Assembly (NCBI GenBank): GCA_963755715.1
Contig: CAVWLW010000014.1
Location: 29,759 to 93,758 of the forward strand
DNA: 64,000 nucleotides
Source: an uncultured delta proteobacterium
GTDB taxonomy: Bacteria > Desulfobacterota > Binatia > UBA9968
Reading direction: 5' to 3'
The notes under the pieces were generated by a model, which saw nothing but the letters and a program-made list of their open reading frames with translations, was not told the origin of the DNA and ran no database searches. Made by a program: the position numbers and the translations under genes. Each line of letters opens with the position of its first letter. The first letter of the stretch is position 1. Positions 49,253 through 59,126 of the stretch are shown here, piece after piece.

Positions 49253-50783
49253 CTTCAGCCCTCGCCATCGCGCCGCTGAATGAAGCGGGGGGAGCTTCTT
49301 TTCTCGCTCTCATTTGTCCGCGCAGGGTAAAAAATAAAGACAGCGCCGCGAGCATGAGTATCACGATCACCGCCGGCCGGGCGAGCCAACTAAAGCCATA
49401 GCTCGCCACCGAGCGGTAGAGATATTTTTCCATCAGATCGCCCAACACCAAACCGAGAATCATCGCCGGCCGAGGATAGCCGGAACGGCGCATGAAATAA
49501 CCGAGGATGCCGAAACCGACCACGACCACAAGGTCCAAGGGATCGCGGTTGACGCTGAAGGCGCCGAGGAGAATGAAGATGAACATGATCGGAACCATGA
49601 ACGTGTAGCGCACCTCGGCGAGCTTGGCGAGCTGCGCGGCCAATACGAAGCCGACCAGGGTGCCGGCGATTCCCGCGATGCCTTGAATCCAGACGATGCT
49701 AAAGATTAGGTCCGCGTTCTTTTTGAGCATTTCCGGACCAGGGACAAATCCCCAGGCGAGCAACGCGACGATAAACAGCGCGGTGGTCACGCCCTGGGGA
49801 AATCCCATCAGCAATGTGGTGATGAGATCGCCGCCGTCTTTGGCGTCGTTGGCGCTCTCAGGCGCGATGACACCGCGCACGTCGCCCTTACCGAAGTTTT
49901 CTCGGCCGCCTTTGCAACTTTGCGCCGCATGGCCGTAGGCGAGCCAGTCCACCACCTGAGAGCCGAGGCCGGGAACGATTCCCACCCACACGCCAACGAA
50001 ACTACAGCGCACCACCAGCCACCATTCGCGCAAACAATCCTTGACCCCGTCGAACAAACTGCCTTTGAGCGGCACGGGCTGTTGCTCGACACCGAGCTTG
50101 GTCAAAGCCAAATCCAGCGCCGAGGGAATACCAAAAAGAGCGAGCGCCATGATGCTGATCGACATGCCGTCCAATAGGTAGGGCTGGTCGAAAACATAGC
50201 GCATGACGCCGCTTTGTGCCTGTTGGCCGATGGTTGCGATGAGCAGACCGAGGCTGGTGGCGATGAGTCCTTTGATCGGCTGGCGCCCGGCGAGCACGGC
50301 GACCATGCTTAGGCCCCAAAGCATGACGACGAAAAGCTCGGGCGAGCCCATCAGGTAGATCAAAGGCCTGGTTACGGGAATCGCCAATATGAGCGTGAAG
50401 GTGCCGATCAGGCTACCCATACCGCCGGCCATGAACGAGGCGCCGAGCGCGCGCCGGCCCTCGCCTTTCTTTCCCATCGGGTAGCCATCGAGAACTGTGG
50501 CCTGGGAACCAGAGCCGCCGGGAATGCCAAAAAGTATCGGCAGGTAGGCAGCACAAATCGCGCTGACTGCGCTTGCGCCAATGAGTATCGCGATGCCGGT
50601 GAGGGGCTCCCACTTGATCACGATCGGCAACAGGATCGCGTAGACCAGCGGCATTCCTAACCCCTGCGGCGCCACGGCGGTGAAGGTGCCAATGCTGACG
50701 CCTATCATCATTGCGAAGAACACCTTCAGTTGAAGGATATTGAGGAAGCCTCTTATGGCCGCGTCGAATAGCGAAGTTTCCAT
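49242..50783 (-). CDS. tctA: TctA large permease subunit
   Basis: LDGYPMGKKGEGRRALG, GIVPGLG, FGKGDVRGVIAPESANDA. Confidence 0.93.
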   Translation of the reverse strand: METSLFDAAIRGFLNILQLKVFFAMMIGVSIGTFTAVAPQGLGMPLVYAILLPIVIKWEPLTGIAILIGASAVSAICAAYLPILFGIPGGSGSQATVLDGYPMGKKGEGRRALGASFMAGGMGSLIGTFTLILAIPVTRPLIYLMGSPELFVVMLWGLSMVAVLAGRQPIKGLIATSLGLLIATIGQQAQSGVMRYVFDQPYLLDGMSISIMALALFGIPSALDLALTKLGVEQQPVPLKGSLFDGVKDCLREWWLVVRCSFVGVWVGIVPGLGSQVVDWLAYGHAAQSCKGGRENFGKGDVRGVIAPESANDAKDGGDLITTLLMGFPQGVTTALFIVALLAWGFVPGPEMLKKNADLIFSIVWIQGIAGIAGTLVGFVLAAQLAKLAEVRYTFMVPIMFIFILLGAFSVNRDPLDLVVVVGFGILGYFMRRSGYPRPAMILGLVLGDLMEKYLYRSVASYGFSWLARPAVIVILMLAALSLFFTLRGQMRARKEAPPASFSGAMARAEDES

Positions 50784-50971
50784 CTCGATAATATTCCTGC
50801 CTGATTAATGGTCCGACTTACTGCGAAAGGTTCATCATCGGCGATCCACCGTCCGCTGCGATTCCCGCGGTCGGCGGCGCAGCGCACTTATATGGTTTTC
50901 AATTTCCCGGCGCAAGTACTATTTTGCTTGCGGCCATCGCGCTTCGCGAGCCTCGTCGATGCTGCCGTGCC

Positions 50972-52027
50972 TCAGAGCGGCGGCAACGCGCCCGCGCCGG
51001 CAAATTTTTTGAACAGTTCGATGGTCTCCGCGTCGCGCGGCAGCTCGCGGATGGCGCGCTCGTTTTCCTCCGGCAAAAGCGGCGTCGGATCTTCGCCGAC
51101 GACTTTACGGTATTCCTTGACGAACTCCGGGTCCTTGAAACTCTTGCGGATCGCTTCCTTGATGATCTCGGCGCGATCTTTTTGCGTCGCCGGCGGCAGA
51201 ATAAAGGGCGATCCGGAAAGCCGGAAGAGACGGAACATCGACAACAACTTGTGACCGCGCTCCGTTTTGGCAAAGGTTTCGATCTCGGGCAGACGGGAAA
51301 AGAGCGGGTGCTTTTCGCCTTTGGGAATCTCCATAACAACGTGGAAATCGACCATTTTCTTTTCGATCCATTCGGGGTTGCGGGCGTAGAAGTCATCCGA
51401 GTTGGTGATCGCGTCGATCTCGCCGCGCAGCAAAGCAACGTCGCGCTCGGGGATCGAATAACCGGTGACGTACTTAGTGTCTTTGAGACCGAGCAGCGCG
51501 GCGAATATTCTGCCGATGGTGTAGTTGGTATGGCCGACGGATTGGGCGCCGAGGCGAATGCCGGTGGCAGCGCGCAGCTTCTCCAGATTTGTCAGACCGG
51601 CCTCTCTGCGAGTGGCTAGCACGTAGTGAGTAGCGCTGTACGGCGAGCCGATGAAGGGCAGCTTGTCGAGGTCGTACTGCACACCCGATTCGCCGAGTAC
51701 CGCGTTGGCGACCACGCCGCCGCCGACGTTGCCGAGGACCAAGCCATCCGTGCGGGACATGGCGAAAATATGATTGGCCGCTTTGCGCCCGCCGCCGCCG
51801 TCCATGTACTCGTGCACGAAGGTCGGATTGCCGGGAATATATTTTTGCAGAAAGGGCAGCACGGCGCGTACGCGAAAGTCTCCCGATCCGCCGGGGGCGC
51901 GGCCGTGCAGGAGGGTGATGGTTTTACCCCGATAAAAGTCGGACTGTGAATAAAGGAAGTCAGGCAACATAACCACCTGAGTCAACAGCGCCGAGCATAG
52001 AATCCGCGTCATAATTTTTATCTTCAT
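50972..52027 (-). CDS. Bug/TctC substrate-binding protein
   Basis: FYRGKTI, KYIPGNPT, GGGGRKAAN. Confidence 0.9.
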   Translation of the reverse strand: MKIKIMTRILCSALLTQVVMLPDFLYSQSDFYRGKTITLLHGRAPGGSGDFRVRAVLPFLQKYIPGNPTFVHEYMDGGGGRKAANHIFAMSRTDGLVLGNVGGGVVANAVLGESGVQYDLDKLPFIGSPYSATHYVLATRREAGLTNLEKLRAATGIRLGAQSVGHTNYTIGRIFAALLGLKDTKYVTGYSIPERDVALLRGEIDAITNSDDFYARNPEWIEKKMVDFHVVMEIPKGEKHPLFSRLPEIETFAKTERGHKLLSMFRLFRLSGSPFILPPATQKDRAEIIKEAIRKSFKDPEFVKEYRKVVGEDPTPLLPEENERAIRELPRDAETIELFKKFAGAGALPPL

Positions 52028-52042
52028 GGCGAGTCTCCCTTC

Positions 52043-53098
52043 CTAGCGCGGCGGCAACGGCGCCGGGCCGGCGAGCTTGTTAAAAAGCGCGATGGTCTCG
52101 GCGTCGCGAGGCAATTCCCGAATAGCTCTTTGATTTTCTTCTGGCGAAAGCGGCGTGGGCTCCTCGCTGACGAGCTTTTTGTGCTCTTTGTAAAACTCCG
52201 GGTCATTGAGGCTCTTGGTCATCGCCTGCTTGAGTATATCGACCCGGTCTGCGGGGGTTCGTGGCGAAATAAAGAACGGCGAACCGGTCAGCCGCAGATT
52301 ACGAAACATCGCCAGCACTTTTCGCTCTCTCTCCGACTTAGCGAAGGTTTCAATATCGGGCAGGTGACCCAAGCGGGGATACTTGTTTCCCTTCGGCACT
52401 TCCATCAAGGCATGGAGATCAATTTTGTTCGCCGATATCCATTCGGGATTACGCACGAGATGATCGTCGGTGGTAGCGAGAGCGTCGAGCTCGCCGGCCA
52501 TGAAAGCAACATCGCGCTCAGGAGTCGAATAGCCGGTGACAAACTTGGGATCTTTGAGAGGCAGAACCCAAGCGAAGAGCCTGCCGATATTATAAATGGT
52601 ATGGCCGACGGATTGCGCACCGACGCGCACGCCTGGGGCTGACCGGAGTTTCTCCAGCGTCGTCAGTCCTGTTTCTCGTCGCGTCAAGAAAAAATAATGA
52701 GTGGAACTATAGGGCGACCCAAGGAAAATGAGTTTATCGATGTCGTATTGCACTCCCGTTTCGCCGAGAACCGCGCTCGACACCATGCCGCTGCCTGCGT
52801 TGCCGATGGTCAATCCATCGGGCGCCGCCGATCCAAAAATATAGTTGCCGGCCTTCCGGCCGCCGCCTCCCGGCATGAACTCATGAACGACGGTGGGATT
52901 TCCGGGGATGTATTTCTGCAGAAACGGCACCAGCGCTTTTACCCGCAGGTCTCCTGAGCCGCCGGCGTCGCGCCCGTGCACCATTCTAATAGTTTTGCCC
53001 CGATAAAAGTCGGACTGTGAATAAAGGAAGTCAGGCAGCATCACCAGCTGAGTCAACAGCGCCGAGCATAGAATCGGCGTGGTGATTTTTATCTTCAT
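52043..53098 (-). CDS. Bug/TctC substrate-binding protein
   Basis: Same motifs; signal-peptide DNA nearly identical to that of the neighbour at 50972-52027. Confidence 0.9.
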   Translation of the reverse strand: MKIKITTPILCSALLTQLVMLPDFLYSQSDFYRGKTIRMVHGRDAGGSGDLRVKALVPFLQKYIPGNPTVVHEFMPGGGGRKAGNYIFGSAAPDGLTIGNAGSGMVSSAVLGETGVQYDIDKLIFLGSPYSSTHYFFLTRRETGLTTLEKLRSAPGVRVGAQSVGHTIYNIGRLFAWVLPLKDPKFVTGYSTPERDVAFMAGELDALATTDDHLVRNPEWISANKIDLHALMEVPKGNKYPRLGHLPDIETFAKSERERKVLAMFRNLRLTGSPFFISPRTPADRVDILKQAMTKSLNDPEFYKEHKKLVSEEPTPLSPEENQRAIRELPRDAETIALFNKLAGPAPLPPR

Positions 53099-53111
53099 GG
53101 CGAGTCCTTTC

Positions 53112-54176
53112 TTACCGCGCCGGCAACGGCCCCGCGCCGGCAATTTTCTTGTAGAGCTCGACGATCTCGGGCTCGCGGGGGATTTCTTTGATCACCTTTT
53201 CATGGTCCTCGGGGAGGAGAGGGGACGCCTCGTCGCCGGTGAGCTTTTTATATTCGCGGAGAAATTCCGGGTCTTTATAGGTTTTGCGAAACGCCTCTTG
53301 GACAACCGCGACCCGATCCTTGGGGGTTCCTGGCGGAAGGACAGAGGGACCGCCGGCCACTCTGAAAGCGCGCGACAAAATGATCACCTTACGTTCTCTA
53401 TCCGACCTGGCAAAGCTCTCCAGCTCGGGAAGCTGCTTGAACTGGGGATGTTTGTCGCCCTTGGGAATTTCCAAGATCGTGTGAAAGTCCACCAACCCGC
53501 CTCCGAGCCAGTCCGGGTTCCGTTGCGCTATCGAGTCAGCCGCGGTCGCGCGCGCGTCCACCTCGCCGCGCATTAGCGCCTGGTCGATTTCCGGCCCCGC
53601 ATAGCCGGCGATGAATTTGGGGTCCTTGAGACCAAGAATATAGGCGAAGAGGCGACCTTCATTGTAGGTGGAGAAACCCACGGATTGGCCGCCGATCCTG
53701 ACTCCGGAAGCGGCGGTGAGTTTCTCAATGCTGCTCAAGCCCGCCTGTTTCCTGCTTAAAAAGACCGGGTGATACGAGCTGTAGGGTGACCCCAGATAGA
53801 AAAACTTATCGAGATCGTAAAGAACTCCCGATTCTCCGAGCACCGCGGCAGCAACCATGCCGAGCCCGGGGTTGCCGATCATCAAGCCGTCAGGGCGCGC
53901 AGACCGGTAGACGTGATTCGCGGCCTTTCGACCGCCGCCGCCGGGCATATACTCGCTGACGATGTTCGGGTTTCCCGGAATGTATTTTTGCAGGAAGGGG
54001 ATCATCGCTCTCACCCGCATATCGCCCGTGCCGCCGGGGTCGCGGCCGTGAACGATGGTGATGGTTTTGCCCTGGTAGAATGGGGTCTGGGAATAGACGG
54101 GAGTAGCGAAAAGAAAAACCAAAGTGTAGAGCGCCGCCGAAGCGGTCAACGGCGTTCGCCGTTCATTTGTTTTCAT
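53112..54176 (-). CDS. Bug/TctC substrate-binding protein
   Basis: FYQGKTITIVHGRDPGGTGD, PPGTPKDRV. Confidence 0.9.
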   Translation of the reverse strand: MKTNERRTPLTASAALYTLVFLFATPVYSQTPFYQGKTITIVHGRDPGGTGDMRVRAMIPFLQKYIPGNPNIVSEYMPGGGGRKAANHVYRSARPDGLMIGNPGLGMVAAAVLGESGVLYDLDKFFYLGSPYSSYHPVFLSRKQAGLSSIEKLTAASGVRIGGQSVGFSTYNEGRLFAYILGLKDPKFIAGYAGPEIDQALMRGEVDARATAADSIAQRNPDWLGGGLVDFHTILEIPKGDKHPQFKQLPELESFARSDRERKVIILSRAFRVAGGPSVLPPGTPKDRVAVVQEAFRKTYKDPEFLREYKKLTGDEASPLLPEDHEKVIKEIPREPEIVELYKKIAGAGPLPAR

Positions 54177-54199
54177 GCCATGTCTCCATTTCTCTGGAG

Positions 54200-54442
54200 G
54201 TTCAAGCCGTTCAACCCCTTCAATCCCTCGATCCTTCGGCTTCGCTCAGGGACAGGCTCCCTCGACTGCGCCTTTAGTCCCGAGCTTGTCGAGGGATCAG
54301 GATGAGTGGAAATACGTGCCGTGCATGGTGAGCCAGTCGAACCATACGCTCCGTTCAAATCGTCTGAGGTTCGGATGGTTCGACATCTCCATAGCTCCGT
54401 TAAACGACTTGAACGGCTTGAACTTTTTGAACGACTTGAACT
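54200..54442. repeat. Nested intergenic repeat complex
   Basis: GTTCAA nonamer arms at both ends. The left arm is interrupted by CCTTCG...GCTCAGG / GTCGAGGG / ATGGTGAGCCAGTCGAACCAT-type units. Confidence 0.7.
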
Positions 54443-54450
54443 CCCATTAA

Positions 54451-55521
54451 TCATCTTCGCGGCAACGGACCGGCGCCGGAAAGAACCTTGATCGTTTCGA
54501 TTATCTCTGCGTCGCGAGGGATTTCCCTGATAATTTTGCTCAGCTCCTCGGGCATCATCGGTTCCACTTCTTCTCCGACCAGCTTTAGAAACTCGCGGTG
54601 CATCTCGTCGTCTTTCAGCGCCTTGCGCATGGCCTCCTGGAGTATGGTGGCGCGCTCTTTGGGCGTTCCCGGCGGTAATAAGTAAGGCGAGCCGACGGCT
54701 CTGAAGGCGCGCCAGACATCGAGAAGCTTCTTTTCTCTCTCGGTCCGCACAAAGCTCTCGATCTCGGGAAGGTGACCCAGGCGAGGATGCTTGGCGCCCT
54801 TGGGCACTTCCATAATCGCGTGAAAGTCCATCACACCCTTGTCGAGCCAATCGGGGTTGCGCCGCAATACCGACACGGCCGCATTCGCCCGCGCATCGAG
54901 CTCGCCGCGCAAGAGCGCAGCGTCAACCTCTGGAGCGGTGTAGCCGGCGATAAACTTCGGATCTTTGAACTCGATAAAGTAGGCGAAAAATCGCCCGGCG
55001 ATGTAAGAGACGTGACCGACGGTTTGGGCGCCGATGCGCAGGCCGGATTTCGCTCGAAGCTTTTCGAGATTGTTTAGGCCAAGTTCCTTGGGCGTGTAGA
55101 TGGTTTGGTGGCCGGCGGTTTCCGGCGCGCCGAGATAGATAAACTTGTCGAGATCGTAGAGCACGCCGCTTTCGCGCATGATGTTCAGAGATATGACGCC
55201 GCTGCTCATGGCCCCGATCGTAAGCCCGTCGGGGCGAGCGTTGCGGAACAGGTAGTTTGCCGCTTTGCGCCCGCCGCCGCCGTCCATATATTCGAGCACC
55301 AGCGTGGGATTCCCCGGAATATGCTTGCGCAGAAACGGCAGGAGCGCTTTCACTCGGAGATCGCCGGTTCCCGCGGGCGAGGTGCTGGCGATCACGGTGA
55401 CGGTCTTGCCTTGGTAGAATGGCGCCTGGGAAAATGCGCGACGTCGACAAGAAGAGTAGCAGCGAGGATGCCTACTGCGAAGAACAAGTCGAATCGGTGG
55501 TGTGTGCTTGTGAATTTTCAT
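54451..55521 (-). CDS. Bug/TctC substrate-binding protein
   Basis: FYQGKTVTVI, HIPGNPT, PPGTPKER. Confidence 0.9.
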   Translation of the reverse strand: MKIHKHTPPIRLVLRSRHPRCYSSCRRRAFSQAPFYQGKTVTVIASTSPAGTGDLRVKALLPFLRKHIPGNPTLVLEYMDGGGGRKAANYLFRNARPDGLTIGAMSSGVISLNIMRESGVLYDLDKFIYLGAPETAGHQTIYTPKELGLNNLEKLRAKSGLRIGAQTVGHVSYIAGRFFAYFIEFKDPKFIAGYTAPEVDAALLRGELDARANAAVSVLRRNPDWLDKGVMDFHAIMEVPKGAKHPRLGHLPEIESFVRTEREKKLLDVWRAFRAVGSPYLLPPGTPKERATILQEAMRKALKDDEMHREFLKLVGEEVEPMMPEELSKIIREIPRDAEIIETIKVLSGAGPLPRR

Positions 55522-55628
55522 GATCGAACTCCGTGACGTTTGCGTGGCGTTGTTTCTTCATAAGACCATACGCGCCCTAGCGAACACGCACCACTTGAAC
55601 GGCTTGAACGATCTCCACGGCTATTATG

Positions 55629-56705
55629 TCAGCGCGGCGGCAGTTTCTTTGGGCCGGCAATTATTTTAAACAGCTCGATCGCTTCCGGGTCGCGCGGCAC
55701 TTCTCTGATCGCCTTCTCGTGATTTTCCGGCAGCAGAGGCGACGGATCGTCGGAGGTGAGTTTCCGATACTCTTTGGCGAAATCCGGATCCAGATAGGTC
55801 TTGCGGAAAGCGTCCTTCAATATATCGACCCGATCCTTCGGTGTTCCCGGCGGAAGCACGAACGGCGTGCCGGTGACGCGGAATCCGCGCTGCAAGGCCA
55901 GCATCTTACGCTCGCGATCGTTTTTAGCGAAAGTTTCGATCTCGGGAAGCTTGGCGAAGAATGGGTGAGGGTGCTTGTCGCCTTTGGGCGTTTCCATGAT
56001 CGCATGAATGTTCGCCAAACCCTTGTCGAGCCAATCGCGGTTGCGTTGCAGGATAGTGTCAGGGCCGGTGGCGCGGCCGTCGATCTCGCCGCGCATCATC
56101 GCCGGATCGAGTTCGGCGCCGCCGAAGGCGGCGATGAACAGCGGATCCTTGAGGCCGAGCATGTAGACGAAAAGTCGCCCTTCATTGTAAGTGGAGAACC
56201 CAATCGACTGGCCGCCGACTTTGACTCCGGTGGCGGCGCGCAGCTTATCGAGGGTGTCGAAGCCGGCGTCTTTACGGGTGACAAACACCGAGTGGTAGGT
56301 GCTGTACGGCGAACCCAGGTAATGGAATTTGTCGATATCGTATAGGACTCCGGATTCTCCGAGTATGGCGAGCGAAACCATGGCCGAGCTAAAGTTGCCG
56401 ATGATCAAGCCGTCAGGACGCGAGTTCCTGTAGATGTGATTTGCCGCCTTGCGGCTGCCGCCGCCGGGCATATACTCGCTCACGATGGTCGGGTTGCCCG
56501 GTATATATTTCTGCAAGAAGGGAAACAGGGCTCTCACTCTGAGGTCGCCGGTCCCTCCGGGGTCTCGCCCCTGGACGACTACGACGGTCTTGCCCTGAAA
56601 GAACGAAGCTTGGGAAAAGGCAGCCTCCGGCGCTAGCGCTACGACGATCGATATAGCGGAAAGCCAACCGGTGCTTAGGGCGCAGAAAATTTTGTGAACT
56701 TTCAT
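55629..56705 (-). CDS. Bug/TctC substrate-binding protein
   Basis: FFQGKTVVVVQGRDPGGTGD; most similar to 53112-54176. Confidence 0.9.
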   Translation of the reverse strand: MKVHKIFCALSTGWLSAISIVVALAPEAAFSQASFFQGKTVVVVQGRDPGGTGDLRVRALFPFLQKYIPGNPTIVSEYMPGGGSRKAANHIYRNSRPDGLIIGNFSSAMVSLAILGESGVLYDIDKFHYLGSPYSTYHSVFVTRKDAGFDTLDKLRAATGVKVGGQSIGFSTYNEGRLFVYMLGLKDPLFIAAFGGAELDPAMMRGEIDGRATGPDTILQRNRDWLDKGLANIHAIMETPKGDKHPHPFFAKLPEIETFAKNDRERKMLALQRGFRVTGTPFVLPPGTPKDRVDILKDAFRKTYLDPDFAKEYRKLTSDDPSPLLPENHEKAIREVPRDPEAIELFKIIAGPKKLPPR

Positions 56706-56781
56706 GGCCGGACCTCGCTTTCATGGTCACTGTCCATTATTTAATCTAAGCCTGTATTACAAGTTTCGCTGAGCGTAGCGA

Positions 56782-57837
56782 CTAGCGCTGCGGCAGCGGA
56801 TCGGCGCCAACCAGCTTCTTGAATAACTCGATGACTTCTTTATCGCGCGGTATCTCGCGCAGCGCCTTCGTCTGTTCGTCCGCTGTTATCGGTGTGGCCT
56901 CCGCGCCTGTCTGTTTCTTGAAGTCACTCAAGAATGCCGGATCGCGAAAGGTTGCGCGCAGCGCGTCAGCGATGATGTCGACCCGCTCCTTGGGAGTTGC
57001 CGGTGGCAGCATGTAAGGCGTGCCGACCGAACGGAAGGCGCGATGCATGAGTAAGACCTTTTGTTCCCTGCCGGATTTCGCAAAGCTCTCTAGCGTCGGC
57101 AGTTGAGCAAAGCGAGGATGCCTTTTGACACCAGGAGTCTCTAGGATGGCGTGAAAATCTACTGCGCCCTTGTCAATCCACTCCGGCGTGCGCTCAATCG
57201 ATTCCGCGACTTGGGATCGACCATCTACCTCTCCCTGCGCTAGGGCAACGAGCATCTCCGGATCGCCAAAGCCCGTGACAAACTTGGGCTCCTTCAAACC
57301 GAGCGTGTAAGCGAAGAGTCGGCCGGTAAAATAAATTTCATGGCCCACTGCGTGGGCTACGATTCTTAGTCCGGCATGAGCGCGAAGCTTGTCTATAGAG
57401 TTCAGCCCGAGCCGGCTCATGGTGATAAAAATATAATGAGAGCCGGTGTTGGGCGTGCCGAGATAAATGAACTTATCGATGTCGTAATCCACTCCGGTTT
57501 CGCCCAGGACGGCGCTGATGATGTGGCCACTGCCAATGTTGGCGAGGGTCAGGCCGTCAGGACGAGCCCGGTGATACATGTAATTCGCCGCCTTGCGACC
57601 GCCGGCGCCCGGCATGAACTCCATCACCACTGTTGGATTGCCGGGGATATGCTTGGTCAAGTATGGAATGACCGAGCGAGCGCGCCGTTCGCCCACGCCG
57701 CCGGGCGTGCTGCCGCGGATGAGCGTGATGGTTTTGCCTTGAAAAAAGTTGGCTTGGGGTAATGCCTGATGGGGGGAGAGCAGCAAGAAAAGCATGCTGA
57801 GAACCAACAGCCAGAAGCCACCGTTTTTCTCTCTCAT
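56782..57837 (-). CDS. Bug/TctC substrate-binding protein
   Basis: FFQGKTITLI, HIPGNPT, MPGAGG. Confidence 0.9.
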   Translation of the reverse strand: MREKNGGFWLLVLSMLFLLLSPHQALPQANFFQGKTITLIRGSTPGGVGERRARSVIPYLTKHIPGNPTVVMEFMPGAGGRKAANYMYHRARPDGLTLANIGSGHIISAVLGETGVDYDIDKFIYLGTPNTGSHYIFITMSRLGLNSIDKLRAHAGLRIVAHAVGHEIYFTGRLFAYTLGLKEPKFVTGFGDPEMLVALAQGEVDGRSQVAESIERTPEWIDKGAVDFHAILETPGVKRHPRFAQLPTLESFAKSGREQKVLLMHRAFRSVGTPYMLPPATPKERVDIIADALRATFRDPAFLSDFKKQTGAEATPITADEQTKALREIPRDKEVIELFKKLVGADPLPQR

Positions 57838-57911
57838 GTTATCCTCCGCTAATCCGGCCGGAACAGAGGCGGCAAATCTATGACAGCGTGTTCATGTCGA
57901 CGATATGAATA

Positions 57912-58943
57912 TCAGTTTCCTAAAACCTTCTTCAATCGATCAATGACATCGGCCGGTTGGCCGACGACTTCTTTGGCCAGCCTTTCCAATTCTTCACCGC
58001 CCACCGGATCGAATTCGTAATTGCGCTTCTTCACCTCGGCGCGGAACTGTTCGTCGGCCATGGTTTTAGCGAAGGCGTCGCGCAAGATTTTCAATCGCTC
58101 GGCGGGCATGCCCGGCGGGCCGAACATCGGCCGTCCCATGTCGTCGGCGCCGAGCAGCACGGTAGCCAGGCGCCGGCCGGATTCCGCTGTTTTGTATTTG
58201 TCCATGATCTCAAAGATCGTCGGCGTTTGCGGCAGCCGGGCGTCTCTTTTGCTGCCGCTCTGAAACATGTGATGGACGAAGCCGGTCTTGCGCCAGGTAT
58301 GATAGGGTTCGCGGCCGAAGAACGCTTCGATGGTAAAAGCGCGGCAGTGAATCTCGCCGCGCTCGACGCCGAGATCGATATCGGTGCCGCCGGGATAGCC
58401 GGTGACGATGTTGAACTTGGCGCCGACGGTTTCCTGCAGCAGCTTGGGAAAATAGGAGTCCGGACCGGTGACGCCGGTGGCGCCGCATTTTGGCGGCTCT
58501 TTGGCGGTGCGCACCTCTTCGATGGTTTTGTAGGGGCTGTCGGCGCGCATGTACATCTGGCTGGCGCCGCGAGCCGGGGAGCCGATCCAGGTGAACTTCG
58601 ACCAATCGAACTGAATTTCGGGCCGGCCGATGAGTTGATTGAGATAGAGCGAGGGAATCACCGATCCGATCAGCGTCAAGCCGTCCGGCTTGGCCACGGT
58701 GTAGAGATGATTGACCGCGACGACATGTCCGGCGCCGGGCATGTTTTGCACGATGAATGTTGGATTACCGGGAATATATTTACCCATGTAGTCGACGATG
58801 AGCCGCGCCCAGAAATCGTAAAGGTTGCCCGGCGGCGTGCCGACGATGATGCGAATGGTTTTGCCCTGGTAAAACGCCGTCTGGGCATCGGCGCGAATGC
58901 TCCACAGCACTGAGCAAAGAATCACCAGCAAAGTCTTCTTCAT
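57912..58943 (-). CDS. Bug/TctC substrate-binding protein
   Basis: FYQGKTIRIIVGTPPG, QNMPGAG, GYPGG.DI.L..ERGE. Confidence 0.9.
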   Translation of the reverse strand: MKKTLLVILCSVLWSIRADAQTAFYQGKTIRIIVGTPPGNLYDFWARLIVDYMGKYIPGNPTFIVQNMPGAGHVVAVNHLYTVAKPDGLTLIGSVIPSLYLNQLIGRPEIQFDWSKFTWIGSPARGASQMYMRADSPYKTIEEVRTAKEPPKCGATGVTGPDSYFPKLLQETVGAKFNIVTGYPGGTDIDLGVERGEIHCRAFTIEAFFGREPYHTWRKTGFVHHMFQSGSKRDARLPQTPTIFEIMDKYKTAESGRRLATVLLGADDMGRPMFGPPGMPAERLKILRDAFAKTMADEQFRAEVKKRNYEFDPVGGEELERLAKEVVGQPADVIDRLKKVLGN

Positions 58944-59126
58944 GTTGCGCCTCCTGCAACCGAGATTTCTTGTCGATGAAATCAGCTCGAAGCTGGAATC
59001 GGAAACGAGTCGCGCCAACGCTTATCGGAACCCCGAAGATGAGTCAAGGAGGTCATGCAGGCGGATCAGCGAGCATTCACTCTCGTGTCGCTTGCGTCTT
59101 TTTGAATTCTTCCGAAGGGCGCATCG

